Origin: Syncephalis fuscata S228
Lineage: Eukaryota > Fungi > Zoopagomycota
Direction of reading: 5' to 3'
Length of the DNA: 64,000 nucleotides
NCBI GenBank assembly: GCA_025786725.1
Contig: JAHLTZ010000040.1
Coordinates: 116,980-180,979 of the forward strand
Below, one piece after another: positions 1 through 18,067 of this stretch. Position 1 is the stretch's first letter; the number at the start of each line of letters is the position of its first letter. Both the position numbers and the translations under genes were made by a program. The notes below the pieces were generated by a model, which worked only from the letters and a program-made list of their open reading frames with translations, searched no databases and was not told where the DNA came from.

Positions 1-59
1 CTATTAGAAGACTAATTCTTAATACATTCATAATAATAGTATATATTCTATATGTATAG

Positions 60-2696
60 AATGGACTCGATACCATGTTGGAACGCGCAAAACAAACAGT
101 ATTTTCATGTAAAGTATGTAAAATGTATTTATTCGGTTAATTGTTATGGTGTAGCGATATAGATGGCTGACAAAGCATTGGTGTACCATTTAGGATCTAT
201 TGATATTTCTACGTAAACGTGCGGCCATCGAGGAAGAATATGGACGAGCTATGCTTAAATTAGTAGTAGCAGCAAGAAACGGTGGACCGACCGGATCGCA
301 AACAGCAGTAAGTATAATTGCACTGTGTAGCGGATGTGTGCATCAACGTGCATATCGCCAAGTGGAGAATATGTTTGTTACGAAGGAGTGTGAAGAAAGG
401 AGAAAATACTACTGCTCGTCAAAGTAGTGACAACTATGACAGTGCATTCACCGACCATTGCAATGGTGATCGTCATCATGTGCAGTCGATAGAGAGAGTG
501 AAATGTGGCCATATGCATACAAAACATCAATGCGCTGACACATGCCACGTAGTTCGTATGGAGAATCCATGCAGTCAATTTTTAAAATCCACGAGACATT
601 GGACAAAACCACATTAAATTATCATCGACTATTGGCGATATTGCCGAAGGATTACAATCACTACTTAAAGATACAGATCGTGCTCGTAAAAGTGTAAGTT
701 AATATTGGTATCAGTTAAATATTGGCTAATATAGTTTATTTAATTATTTGGTGATCAGTTAAGAGAAATGGGATTAAAATTTTATCGTGGATTACTTGAG
801 GCAGAAACCTCAGTAGACAAGGTGTGTATGCATGTGGATGATATGTGGTGTGTGTATGTGTGTATGTGTGTGCACATGAACATTTGTATGGTTGGCTGTA
901 TGTACATGTATGTAATGTGTGATGAGTGTGGCTGATGAGCGATTTACCTGTACAGAAGTATGCATTGACACATGTGTACATCTATACCGGTTTTATTGGT
1001 TATTCAATGTGAGATGTTCTATAGCTTACAGGTTTTTTCTTTTTATTTATTTTATTAGGCTCGATCTAAATACGATTCATCTTGTGAAGAATGGGAACGT
1101 ACACTTATACAACAAAGAAATGGAGAAGTGCTGTCACCGGGCAGAAAGCCTGCATCCAATCCATTGTCGCGGTTTAAACAACGCACCCCACATAGTGTAA
1201 GTAGTATAGAAAGTGGATCTGTAAATACTAATAGCAACGGCAACGACTAGTTGAATCGAAATGAAGAAGATGCACGTGTACGCGTCGATTCGGCCAATGA
1301 CAACTATAAAGCACAATTAGCACTGGCCAATGCAGTACGACACGACTATTTCCACTCTAATATGCCATTAGTGCTTCAGGTGATTAGTAACAATTTATTG
1401 TATTAGCTTGTATATTTAGCAATCTATAGGCACTATTAGAAGCACTCGAGGAATGTGACTATGGCATGCAGTATTATTTGGCCAAATATGCCTTTAATAC
1501 AGAGTCTTTACAATTGTTGGATGCCACAGCTGTATCACCATCTGATCGTAAAGGTAATGAATATCTGTATATATTAGATTAGTTTTAGTTCTAATATATA
1601 TGTGTGTGTGTATATGTATATATTTAATTTGAAATATAGTCATAGGATTGCGGGCACAAGTTGATCAAATTAACCATCAAAAGGATTTACAAGCTTATAT
1701 TATGAAATTCCATGCACGGGATGTTGGCGTTAAACGACGTGAAGATATTCCTTACGAAGAATATCCATTCGTAAGTTATAATTATAACATTTGTTCATTA
1801 GACTAACAAACATATACAATGATAGTCTGATCAAGCCCGTTCTATTGTTAATCCACGTCCTATTTTCGGCGTTGATTTAGCAACACAGCTTAAACGAGAT
1901 AATATGGATATACCGCCCATTATATCAAAATGTGCTGCATCTATCGAAAAGCACGGTAATATGATATACATATAATTACAAATATATCGACTAACCACTT
2001 ATAATCAATTAGGTATTAAAAGTGAAGGCATCTATCGTATTTCCGGTCCTGTTTCTCAACTTCGTCAATTAAAGGCGGCATTCGACAAAGGTACTACTAT
2101 CATTATTATTATTATTATTATTATTATTGACATGGCAATGAATAACATATAAACTAACCTATTATTTATTTAGATAATGAGTTGGTAGTATTGGGTGAAA
2201 AAGATCCATTATACGATATCAATGCCATTGCCGGTGTATTAAAACAATATTTACGTGAACTACCCGAACCACTACTTACACGCTCGTTAAGTGAAGAGTT
2301 TATACAAGCAGCAGGTAAGTCGATGGATATTTCTATTTAATTATTTACTAATAGAAATGTTATAGCCGCAGATGATACCAAATCACTGGCTGCCTGTGTT
2401 AAAAGAATGCCTATTGCCAATGCAAAAGTATTAAATTTCCTAATTGCCCATCTATGCCGGTAAGTATTTTATTTAATGCCATTTAACACAGTTAACATAT
2501 TTCTATTAGTGTACGTGACTATGAAGCACTTAATCGTATGGGAGCCAACAATATTTCCATTATATTTGGACCCACGATCACTTGTGGCGATGAATCACTG
2601 AATCCAATGGTTGATATGGCACGAAGATGTAAAGTCATTGAAATGATGATCATCTATCGAACGGCAATCTTTACCGGTGAAAATAATATATTTTAA
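60..2696 (+). CDS. RGD1: F-BAR (FCH) + RhoGAP protein, Rgd1-like; multi-exon, 5' end probably outside window
   Basis: Manual splicing gives [13 protein letters not shown]|[21 protein letters not shown] (FCH), then [60 protein letters not shown] (RhoGAP); stop TAA 2694-2696. Confidence 0.85.
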
Positions 2697-3901
2697 TCAT
2701 TGCAAGACACTTGCTATTATCTATGTATTAGAACTAATTAACTATTTCATATTAATCATTTGTTTTATGCTTGCAAATAATAAATTTCGTTTTCATTCTT
2801 TCATTTATTAATTGGTTGGTTGATATGTCTTGTCATTTTAGTATTAATATTATATTACAATTAATTATTCATTTATTGATTAATTGGTGTATTAGATGGC
2901 GTGTTCGGTTTATTTGCTAGTTAATCCGCTCATTCGTTTCGTTTCGTTTCCTTTTCATCTATACTCGCTTACATATCCATTTTTTTCTGTCCAAATATAG
3001 GTACGCGTTATATTGCTGTGAATAGTATGAGTATTACGACCACCGTGGTTACTCGACAGCAGGTAAGCGTTTAGGGTAGAGAACGCATGCTTATTTCTAC
3101 CATGAATTATCGGATGTGGAAACGGACCTGCAAATGTTGATGCGCTGCATGTGCATCATAATGATAGTAGACTAGTCATTCTCTATAGATGTTTATTGAT
3201 GGTAGCATAGTTAATGGTGATTCATTTTCTAACACGTCGATACTACTGATACAATTCAAGGCTTCATCCCATTACGTATCATATTAATCTGCTTAAAACA
3301 CGCGTATTTGTAACTTGTTCTATTTTTCTTTCCATTACAAATCAAGAAAGAATATATATATATATGTGTGTGTATTTTGAATTTAAATCTTTCTACTGCG
3401 GCGCAATTATCCTTTTCTATTTCACTTTGGATTCCTTTGGTCATCTCTTCTTTTACTTACTTGCACCACTCCTTCTTACTTTGAGATAGACTCATCTGGT
3501 CTATGTTGGCATAGTAGTCGAGTACAAGGTTGTGTACGTATACAGACGGTAGTGAATCAATTTTATTTTGATACCTGGTCGGCAGATTAAGCTCTCCTAG
3601 TCTGTTGGCACGCTTTCCCTACAGACTGTTACTTCTACTGGCACACCAACAACAACAGCAACACCACCACCACGACAACGACGACTTTATTGTTACTACA
3701 CTCTATTATTGCGCACTCAAAGCCTATTTTACTCGCTCACTCATCCTACCACATTCTTTATTTCCATCGTACTCTTTTCTTTTATACACAACAGCAATAA
3801 CCAATAGCCGTTTTGCTTACCATCCAACGAATTTATTACTATAGTCTGCTTGCTTTTCGATTGCACCTTGTTTAGACGGCCAAGGCTGCGCACTACTCAG
3901 T

Positions 3902-5998
3902 ATGTCTCATCCCGATACTGCCGATGTTGAAAATAGGACCGATGGACAGGAATTGGTATTGGATGTTGCCAACACTACCATAGACGCCGTTGTCGAGTCA
4001 GCGTTAGCGTCGTTGAGCACGTCGACCGAACAGACGACCAGTAACGAGAATGAAAAGAGTATCAAAGATGAAGAGACTGAAGATCCACTCCTGGGACTAT
4101 CGGCTGATCGGACCAAGTCGTTTGGGTGCCGGCTCGTCTTCATCCAACCATTGCGCCACATGAGTTTAAATCATGGCTTGAAGAACACTCGAGCGCGGTT
4201 AATCTTAACGAGACTATGCTTGGACGTCGTCGATCGATTCTATCGCTGCACTCGTACTCAAAACGAGCCAGTGTTTCAATGGACCAAGATGTTATTGGGC
4301 CAGTGAAGGAGGAAGAGGCAGCTGCGGCTTCGGCCTCTTTCCACGATGTAGCTGACGACATGTCGACCTACGACGAGTCAACGAGTACGCTAAAGGCTGT
4401 GCTTAAACGACGATTCAGTCTAAATGTGCCTAGTAAGCTGTGATATAGCATATAGAGTGAAATAAGCATTAATCTTTATGTTTGAACAATAGAGGGACTT
4501 TTAGAGGATGAGGATAGCACAGAAGCTATAAACGAGGCGGCTCGCCATCTACAAGCAATAGAGCGAGTATGCGACGTTCTGTTAGATCACGCATATATCG
4601 TACTGGATCGACCGGTACAGCTGGTGGCCGTAGCGCTGTACTATCTCGTCGTGGTGCTCATCGACGCTTTACTTCGTCGACAAACGATCAACTTGGAGCT
4701 GATGGCGATAAAACCGACGGCGATTCACCGCCTAACAGCTCTGTACCGCCACAAGAAGAAAGAGCTAGCCTTGATGCGCTTCCAAACACCCCACCGCCCA
4801 TACCAATTATGGAACCACACGCACGACTTAACTATATGCAGGATAAAGAGTTTAAAGTATTGGATCGACCATATAGCCTTGGTGCACAAAAAAGCCTACC
4901 AGAAGAGCCAATACCGTCTAAACGATCCATGGATGCAATATCAATTAATGAACGACGTCATACTGCATTGTCAAATGTACAGCATTCAGTTGTGCGTAGT
5001 ACACGTTCTAGTGATAATATGCTAGCTGCATTCCGTAAGGATAGTTCATTGGTTCGGGCGCATACAACATCAATTGGCGGCGGCAATGATGTTAGTAATG
5101 AGGAGAAGCGATCCACGAAAAAGGCATCTGCTTGGTCATGGCTATGGGGCGGTGACTCACAGGTTGAAGCAGAAACGGCTAGAATGCGTAAACGTAACAT
5201 TCCTACACCAATAATTGACACATCAATTGCATCCGAAAATGACAGCGGTTCTGAAGGCCGACCATCAATTGAATTGGGCCAACCAAATATTGAAATGAGT
5301 CTTAATAATGGAAAAGAAACTGAAAAGAAAAAGAAGGCGGCGTATCATCGTTCTTCTTTTCATCCTCTCGTTCAAAACAGAAGCAGCAACAGAATACATC
5401 GGGACGTGGAAACGACGACGCTAATGGTAATGGTCTATCGTCGGCTTCTATTTCACCTGCATCGCCAGCCACTCCAAACCAGACTTTACTCGACGGTATG
5501 TCAGCTACTGGCGATTCAGCTAATGCGCGGTCAACACTGCCACCCATGCGCTACACGAACTACAACCGATTCCCTATTCATATTGAACGAGCCATCTATC
5601 GTCTGTCGCATGTTAAACTATCTAATCCACGACGTGCTCTTAATGAGCAGGTGCTTATTTCAAATATGATGTTCTGGTATTTGTCGTTGATTAGCCAACA
5701 GACTGGCATGAATGCATCGACTGAGCCATCGGCACAAGATGGTCGAGTGGCACGTGAAACAGCTGCCGTTAAAAGCCGAGTCGCTAAAGGCGCCGGTGGC
5801 CGTAAGAAGAAGAGCAGCAATAAACGACAAGCACCTGCCGCTCCCTTACTTGGACAAGAGTTTACAACGCCTGCTTATAACGGCTATCGATCATCGGCAT
5901 CGGCGTCGCCTTCAGCCTCGGAGGACGATGACGATGACGATGATGAAGATGATGTGCCATTGGCGCGTATTCGCCATAGTCCAATTCCGGCCTCGTAA
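3902..5998 (+). CDS. ZDS1: Zds1-like PP2A-Cdc55 regulator (apparent indel frameshifts near 4120, 4560 and 5330)
   Basis: N-terminal WVPARLHPTIAPHEFKSWL motif and C-terminal Zds_C domain RFPIHIERAIYRLSHVKLSNPRRALNEQVLISNMMFWYL; intron about 4433-4491. Confidence 0.85.
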
Positions 5999-6245
5999 TT
6001 ATTGCCTCTTGTATGTACTATATCTATATCTATACACGCACTCTATCCATCTACACCAGTAGTTTATCATACACACACCTACACCTATTAGTAAAATGAC
6101 CCAATCACACCAACTATATATGATATAATTTAAAGTGTATATTTTAAATAGATTTTGTTACTTTCTAATGAATTAAATATAAATAATGAATAGAACAGTA
6201 AGCATATTAATACTAATACTAATTTATTGGACTAAATGAAACTAT

Positions 6246-9044
6246 TTAATTGTATTGTTTGATCATTTCCAATAGTTGTTTGCCATAAGCAACTGGTTCA
6301 ACGGGTGATGCATCAACGGCACTCATACGAACACGTTGTGTATCCTAAATAAGGAATAGTTACAAATTGTTAATATATTATAAAGTGTCAGTTTAATTAT
6401 CCTACATTATAAGTTTCTTCTTTAGCTCTGCATCTAAATATATATGGTTTGAAAAGTGCATCTTGAATAGCCGATTTATAAGCCTCATCGTTGGATAACT
6501 GATTAATGTTCAGCAGATATTAGCAATAATTATACTAGTATATTAATTACTTACTCTTATATTTTCAAGTTCATCGGCTGTACGGCCAAATATTTGAATA
6601 CCCGTCTCGTTAAAGCCTTGAAGCCAACCTTGTCCACACAGATCACTAACATTGAAACTAAGAATATAGCTATTTATGATTAATTAGTCAACTATTTAAT
6701 CAACACACATATATATACATATGTATATATGTAACTTACCGGTGTTCAGGTGATCCATAAGCACGTTGACATTTTTCGCAGAACCAACTGCCATCACTTT
6801 CAGATGTGACTTTTTTATTACAGTTTTCACTTGGACAGGCAGTGTAGTAGAGGTTATCGCGTACTTTAGTGATAACACCTTTAATGTTGAAATAATCAGC
6901 CTATCAATGATTTATTAGATGGCCATAGATACATTTTGCTATAATTTCCTTACCTTTTCACCTGTACCAATATTTTCATCTTTAACTTGTTCAAATGTTT
7001 TAAAGTTATTGCGACGGGAACCACCTGCACCTGCACCACCGCCAATATGACCACCAGTGAAACTGCTAAAGTTAACACTTGCTCCTTGAGCATCATACCT
7101 ATTGTACATAGTAGAATTGTATTAGTAACAATGCTATTATGTTGTATTATAATCCTACCAGCCACGTAGTCGATGTGATTCAGGAATGTCTGGATTAACG
7201 GCCATAATAGCCGAACTCAACATTGATAGCGACCGACCTATAGTATATATATATATATATATGAGTTGATATTTCATTTTACTTATTCGATTTACCTTGA
7301 AAGTCACCAACACGTACACCTTTAAATGCAATTACTGGCTGGTTATCACCATTAAACGTTTCAGCTTGATTGCCCCATAGTGTTAATCGAACGGCAAATA
7401 GACTTTCATCAACAAGTGTTATTTCACGTTTAACCAACTGTTATCGCCATGAATATAATTAGTTATGTATTAGCCATATATCAGCTATGATCTAATCATT
7501 ACTTACTGGACGTTGTGTAGTTTTTGAAATAATCTGTGACAATTCTTCTACATCTTTAACCACACCAATGACATCTAAAAACAGTATATAAATATACGAT
7601 TGTTTGATTTACCTATTAATTAGCTTACCAACTGAGGCGTCTTTATCAACATTGATCAGATCAGCAATACGGACAAAGTTAAATCGAATAGATGGAACAG
7701 CTGAACTATCAGGACACTAATATACTAATAAGTCATTATAATTAAAGATCCACTTCGCTTACTAGTCTAATTTGTGTGCCACTTTCAAAGGTAAGTTCAT
7801 AGCTATTTTGTACAGTTGAAAATTGCTGTTTTGCAATATTGACTCTAGCGTTGGAGACGTAATAAACCTTTTATACAATTAGCTAATTATACAAAGCTTA
7901 TGTATTGTATTATTAACTACCTTATTCTCCTCTAACATTGGATAGAATTGATCGACTTGGTCACGGAAAGCAGTGGCCCGGATTTCACCCTATATTATGA
8001 ATAAGTACAGCGTATTACTGGTACAGTTGTCGATCTTACTGAGTCATCGAGGAAAGTAACATTGAATAGCTTTCCTTCACCACGAGCATTCTTCCAAGTT
8101 CTAATGTCCGACTTGGTTAATACACGAGCTCGAATGGTCCATCTGTGTTTAATAGTATGTATATATATATATATATGAGTCATAGTATATCATTTTTTGT
8201 TTAATAAATTACCTATTTTGATACGGATTCACACTGCTAATCGGGTGTAGATCTGCTGGTTCACCGGGTCTACTACTATAATATTACGTTAATATATCAA
8301 TCCATTTACTGGCTTGCATTACTAACCCGCTTGATGTATTCGTATTATTTGTATACGATGTTGGATTGTTTGGTCTTGATGCGTTGGTCGTGGCTGTTGC
8401 GGTAGGTGCAGCATTATAAGGTTTTGGTGCTGGCGCAGTAGGTGCATTTGATGGTGCAGATGCAGATGTTGTTCCAGTTGTGGTGGCTGTATTGGGAATA
8501 GGCTCAATAGAAGTAGGATTACCAATACGATCAGCAATACCAACAACACTGGTAAGCAATACAATAACAATACTATCAAATAGATTAGTTTAATACAACA
8601 TATATCGCTTTATTTTGTTCTTACCGACGATTTTGAACAGCATTACAACTATATTTATCAAGACGAATAATAGAGTTCTTTACCAGTTGATCACTGGTAA
8701 TTATATCGTTTAGTTGCGTAGAAAGCATAGCTAAATAGATATTGAATAAACAACTACAACTCCTCTCTCTCTATATATATTCTTACCTTGCATGTACAGT
8801 GTGCCATCCGAGATAATAAGTCTATAATATTGTAGTTGTAAACGCAGTTTAGCAATCAATCAGATTCATAGCTATATATATATATATACTAAAACTATTC
8901 TTACCGATAGCGATCAGGACTATCAGGAGAGTTGGCTGGTAGTTTTTTAACATTGATTACTTGAACCAATGGATCAATCAGTGACGGCTCAATACTGACG
9001 TCGTCATAGATTTGGCGAATAGCATTGCTAGTCAGTTGTGCCAT
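6246..9044 (-). CDS. RFA1: Replication protein A 70 kDa subunit, multi-exon
   Basis: [11 protein letters not shown]|[47 protein letters not shown], zinc ribbon YYPTACP..NCNKKV..WFCEKC. Confidence 0.95.
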
Positions 9045-9135
9045 CGTGTAAACAGGAGTAGAAATAGTAGAAAGAATAAACGTTGCCAAAGAATGAAAGA
9101 AGTGGAAACAAGTGGAAAGAAAGAAGTGAAAATAT

Positions 9136-9172
9136 GACGCGCAATGACACGGTTTTAATTTGAAAAACGCGT
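9136..9172. promoter_or_regulatory. MCB-like (ACGCG/ACGCGT) cell-cycle elements upstream of RFA1
   Basis: GACGCG at 9136 and ACGCGT at 9167, about 90-125 nt upstream of the RFA1 ATG; RFA1 is a classic MBF/G1-S target in yeasts. Confidence 0.5.
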
Positions 9173-9269
9173 CTAAAATGTCATAATTATTCATTAATAT
9201 TTATTACAATCAAGTGTCATAATTATTAACATTAACATGATTATTATTATGATTATGATTATTATTGTA

Positions 9270-12009
9270 CTATAACGCAGGTTCAAATCGACACATGCCA
9301 CAATACATAACAGTATCAGATTTCTTGGCTGCCCAAGCATTCTTAAATACAGCAATTTTAAGAGCATCACAGTTAAATCGTGCGTTTAAATTGGTATGAA
9401 TAGCACGGCCCATTCCCTAAATATTATAAATAACCATATTTAATATAATGACTTTTAATTAAAAGTATCTAGTTACTTGCCTCAATAATAATAAGATCCG
9501 CCGTTGTACAGATTGCTGCACAATCTTCATTTAATCGACGCAAGTCTAAACAAGGACTATCGCTGCCTGTACCAATAATAGTCAAGTTACCATCACGCCA
9601 TGCATCGGCTAATGATCGATCAAGTTTAATAACACGGTCCATAAGCTCAAGCAATTCTGTGGTCTATTAACAGCATCGCCATATCAATATCAATATTAAT
9701 ACTAATATTAACTAACTAGCTAGCTAGCTATTTCTACTTACTGTAATGTCATTCAATGCTGGATAACTATTGGCCGCCAGTGTTACACGTGTGCCCATCG
9801 CTATAAGTTGACGCACAAATGGTAGAATACCTAGAACAATATCGGCACCACTGTTATCGACAAAGGCAACAACATGTTGATAGACGGGACCAGTCTCGAT
9901 TCGATCGATAAATGAAGATGCATCGTAATATTCTGGTGGATATTCTATTAATTCACCGGCCGTCTCAAATACCAATTCATGATTACGCAGTAACTCAAGG
10001 GTTTGATTAGATCCCCAGTCAAACATATTGCCTATGTATTAATAGGTAAGGACTGTTGTCTATACTTGTACACACTAATTGCTTACCAGCTAGTACATTG
10101 TTAATAAGCAGCGTCCACTTTTCCCGTATATCTGTTATAGCATCAACTTGTTTTAATATACCAGGTAGAGTGTTGATAGAAGCATCTACTTCACGTCGTT
10201 TAACCGGTTCAAACACATCGAAAAAGCCAAATTCATGTAGACAGCGTTCACGTAGATCAAGTAGACTACGCACTGTCAATGCACCATACACGCCTGGATT
10301 GCTGCTTAATCGAGCAAAATGTTCGCGTAGTGTTGCCACAAATGCTTCAACACGCATATGTGCTCCTTCTTTATCTTCGGGCTGCCAATCAATCGCTAGT
10401 TGTGACAAATTGCTCAGATTCCGCTCCAGTGCATTTAACCAGTATTGGTGATCTTCTGGTAGAGAAAGTGCATGTGTATCCGGTCGATATTCTCGCACAT
10501 CAAGTAATTTCGGTAATGGGCCATGCCACTTGGTAATGAATCAAGTACACCCATGGCATTGACTGAATTTATCGCAATCTTTGTTGTACGAGTAAAGTTC
10601 TCGGAGAATGATGATCGCTTTAGCGTATTCTGATGTTTAAGGAACGCGCCTACTGCTCCTAAATAACCTTCATGACGTAAAAAAAAAGCTTGCATTGATC
10701 CAGCCGACCAGAACTTGATGGCATAGGAGAGTGTGCCCATTGTTACCGCATGTCCTAATAATGATATGCTCGTCAATACTAACGAAACAACATATATATA
10801 TAGACAAAATACCTCGAATGAAATAGCCACCAAAATAGATACGTGTCAAATTATGGGCACGTGCATTCAAATAAGCAATCTGTCCAATATTATTACTAAT
10901 TCATAGCTAGTTAGTATTATAGAATATTAATGATGTCAAGTATTACCTAATCATAAATAATAACGAACGTGCCACATCAGCATTATTAAACGACTTGGAA
11001 TGGCTGTGTCTAAATGCTTTGCCCATTGATGAAGCAATAGTGGTGGCTTTTAGCCCAACCTTGTTGTAATCAGTGCCATAAATGTCACCCACTAATAGAT
11101 CCTATTAAATATATGAATACCTATCATCTATTCATTAAATAATATATAAACGAACCACATTTGCATTATTGCCCTCTTTTGTCATTTCGAGAATATCTAG
11201 AAATGCTATAGATTATTATCATAGCTATATAAAGAACAGTTCAATTATAATTATTATAATTATAATTACCATCAAATGACGTATTTCCTTCAAGTAGTGA
11301 CATCAGTCCCCAAAAAGTACCACCACCCAACTAAAATTAACGATAGCATTAAAATATTATTAATTAAGTAAAATTAACTTACTGATGTGCCACTAATACG
11401 TTCATGTTGATTAGGACCAGTGACTTTAATCAAACTAATCATTTAATAAATATATTGGTTAATCAATCACTATAACTATTATGATTAATTGTATTACCTA
11501 ACACCTGATCCAATGTTGACCAACTATAATAATAGAATTTATTAATAAATACAATTACAAATACCATTTACTTACTAGAAATGGAAAACGGTCTTTTGTC
11601 ATTTCTTCAAAGCCCATTTCACCTTGTTCACTGAACATGAATACTTCATTAGAGATATGTTCTATAAAGAAGTTAATGCCTAATAGATGAAATAAATACA
11701 AGGATGCTATATACTGCGATAGAATAGATTACCAGTAATTAGGCATTCCATTTCATCTTCTTTACAAGCATCGATATTTAATCGGTCAAGTATAAGTTGA
11801 TGGTATTTGTGTGCACCACCACCAGTGGCAGTTATTTGCAATGGCCGACTTGTTTTATTACTAGACTTTGACTCAGCTATCAATGTTTGTAGAAATTCGA
11901 TACACGTATCAATATCGGTCGTTTCAAACCGAGCAAAGTTAAGTCGGCCACCTGCTATACCAGGTCGTCGTGAGAAATACACCACTTTAATAAGTGAGCC
12001 ACCAATCTA

Positions 12010-12050
<41 letters not shown>

Positions 12051-12217
12051 TCAACAATAATATAGTTGTGGTATGGTTAGCTGTCTAGCAACGAGTTTAA
12101 TAGTATAACTTGCATCAAGGGCAATGTGCGACACTTGGTCCGTGTGATGGGGTAGTAGAATACCTCGCGTCTCTCCGAGGACACCTCCTCACTGATAGTT
12201 GCGCCGTGAGCATTCAT
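9270..12217 (-). CDS. PANK4: Type II pantothenate kinase fused to a DUF89/ARMT1-like damage-control phosphatase (PANK4/plant PANK2 architecture); start approximate
   Basis: ALD|[50 protein letters not shown]; DUF89 motifs [22 protein letters not shown]|GMGRAIHTN. Confidence 0.93.
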
Positions 12218-12518
12218 TCCTAAAGTCGATATACAAACAAACGAACGAACGAACAAACTATGAAAGATAAGAGGCAGGCCAACAAAGAAAGCGAGAGTAA
12301 GAGAGATTAGAAAAGAAAGACGAGATAAATAGTAACAGTAGTAGTGGTAGTGGTAGTTAGTACAACGACGATAAGCACGAAAGCAACCAAGCTACGTAGT
12401 TGTCACGTGATTTGTCGTAAAAACTTGGCAACACCATTATTAATGTAAATATGAATATAAATATGACACAAATCTATTTCTTTCTATATTCTTTTCTCGC
12501 ACCATTGTCACTATCAAT

Positions 12519-14408
12519 ATGGGCTCCTTAGTAAGTTGCCTAGCACTTGAATGTGTCTCATGCTTTGCCGCCACCAGTTGTCGGTGTGCCACTAAGCTTA
12601 TTGGCTGTTCCGGCTCTATTGCTACTAGAGTCGGGTATGCCTTGCTATTCCTTGTCAATTCCGTGGTAAGTTGGACTGTCGTTATTCTATATATTTCTAA
12701 ACAATATACATGCTTCTACTATCTTTTACTGCTTTGTTTAGATCTCCTGGTTTATGTTATCAGATTGGGCGATTGTTCATCTACGTAACCTATTCCATGG
12801 TTATCTAGAGCTCAATTGCGCAGAAGGCTACTGCTACGGTGTTATTGCTGTAAGTTATGACAGCTATTAACACTATAATTCACTAGATATAGTATTAATA
12901 CATTAATAATGATATGTATATTATAGGTGCATCGAATGGGATTTGCTCTCGCTTTATTCCATATTATACTTGGATGTTCAATGATTGGTGTACATAATAC
13001 AAGAGATAAGCGAGCACAAATACAGAATGGGTAACTATTAATACATAATATACTATAATATAGTCAGTATATTAATAACAATACTATTTATTAGATGGTG
13101 GGGCCCTAAACTATTTCTATGGACCGGTCTTGTTGCTATATCATTCTTCCTTCCCAATGAATTCCATATGTTCTGGGGCAATTATATTGCATTGATAGGC
13201 GCGGGTATTTTCATACTTTTACAGCTTATTCTACTAGTCAGTTTTGCCCATGATTGGTGCGAAAGATGTCTATACAACTACGAAGACCATGGTTTACGTC
13301 ACTGGCTGTATATTCTAGTTGGTTCTACAGTGGGTCTATTTCTATTTAGTGTAGTCACTACTATTCTGCTCTATGTATTCTTTGCTCCATCCGGTTGCAG
13401 CTTCAACCAATTCCTTATTAGCTTTAATCTAGTACTTTGTGTATTTGTTGTACTCCTATCGGTACATCCCAAGGTACAAGACGTATTTCCAAAAAGCGGT
13501 GTTGCTCAAGCTAGTATGGTTATTGCATATATTACCTATGTTATTGCCAGTGCATTGGTTAATGAACCAGTTACAAAGGGCGATAATGAACAATGCAATC
13601 CATTAAGCAAGAGTCGTAGTACACGCACTACAGCTATTCTACTAGGTGCCTCTTTTACTCTTATTGCTATTGTCTATTCAACATCCCGGGCTGGTAAGCA
13701 GACGTGTTGTAGACAACGACAGTAGACTAATGTTACAACATAGCCACACAATCCGGTACATTTAATCGATCTGATGAGACCAGAGTGCCATTGATTGATA
13801 AACAGCCATCGGAAAGACAGCAAATGCGTTTGGATGCAGCACGTGAAGCTGTTGATAGCGGGTAATTATTAGATATTGAATATTGAATATTAGTATTAAT
13901 GTTATTAATGTTATTTTAGCGCTTTTCTACAATCAGATTTAAAAAAGTTTGAAGCCGAGATGAATAGTGATGATGATGACGCCAATGCCAATTTTGACGA
14001 TGAAACAGAAGAGTGTGCCTATAATTACGCCTTCTTTCACCTTATATTTGCCTTGGCTACAATGTATGTAGCAATGCTACTTACTGATTGGAATACGATG
14101 AGTGGTAATCCAAAAGAATTGATGCGTATTGGACAGAGTTTCACGGCTGTATGGGTACGTGTTGTATCCAGTTGGATGTGTGTTATTTTATATGCTTGGA
14201 CATTGGTGGCACCACTTTTATTCCCTGATCGGTAAGTAGCTATTAATAGTAACAGCAATAGTAATAACTGTAAATAACACATTTAATTAATTATTAACTA
14301 TCTATTAATAACAATTGTTAGAGTAAGTATATTAATACATTTATGTCATGATTATTCATTAATCTATTCATTATCATTATTTAGTTTGAGTCTTATACGA
14401 TCAATTAG
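12519..14408 (+). CDS. TMS1: Serine incorporator (SERINC/Tms1) membrane protein; 3' end 14408 if the microexon is used, 14235 if unspliced
   Basis: Cys-rich N-terminus, SIATRVGYAL, RAQIQNGWWGPK, FILLQLILLVSFAHDW, YNYAFFHLIFALATMYVAMLLTDW, WTLVAPLLFPDR. Confidence 0.95.
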
Positions 14409-14496
14409 AATTGGTCAACTGTTCCATGGATGTGCCGTTGTAATAAATCACTTTGAAAAAGATGTATGGTGTGCAATTCAATCATTTCGTATTTTA

Positions 14497-17501
<3,005 letters not shown>

Positions 17502-18067
17502 GACCAACAAGCACCAGTGCTACAGCTATTACGATTACAAAAGTATAGTCCTTGTATGTCAGTTGGTTCAATCTTTTTTGTTCTTTGGCGGTAAGTAAGA
17601 AAGTCTACGCACTCTATACGTATATATATATATATGCCCACTCACGCGCTTAGACTTGAATCGACACGTATGCCACACTCCACACACACACACACTTAAG
17701 CACAAACTCACGCACACAACGGAACCCAAAAGAGAAAGGTATAGTCGACGTGTAAAAGAATCCAAAGGAATAAGTGTGCAAAGTTAGGCAGTATCGTTTG
17801 TACGTGGAGGAATAGAATAGTAATAAAGAGTTGTCGTGTTGTTGTTTACTAGTAAAGTGGTTAGATTCTTTCGGCCTCCTTCCTTTCTTTTGACGTAAAT
17901 ACGTTTTGAGTGATGGATCAAAATAAAAATACCAAATGGGCGATGCTAATTGATTAATTAATTAATTAATTAATTAACAGTTAAATTAATTTATTTTATT
18001 ATAAAATAAGAATTTGTTTATTTATTATTGTTAAAAATATAGAAACAATAGAGAATAATAATAACAA

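Noticed and set aside
822-1058. TG-rich stretch resembling telomeric or satellite DNA
   Set aside because: Lies between valid splice sites of RGD1; irregular low-complexity intron.
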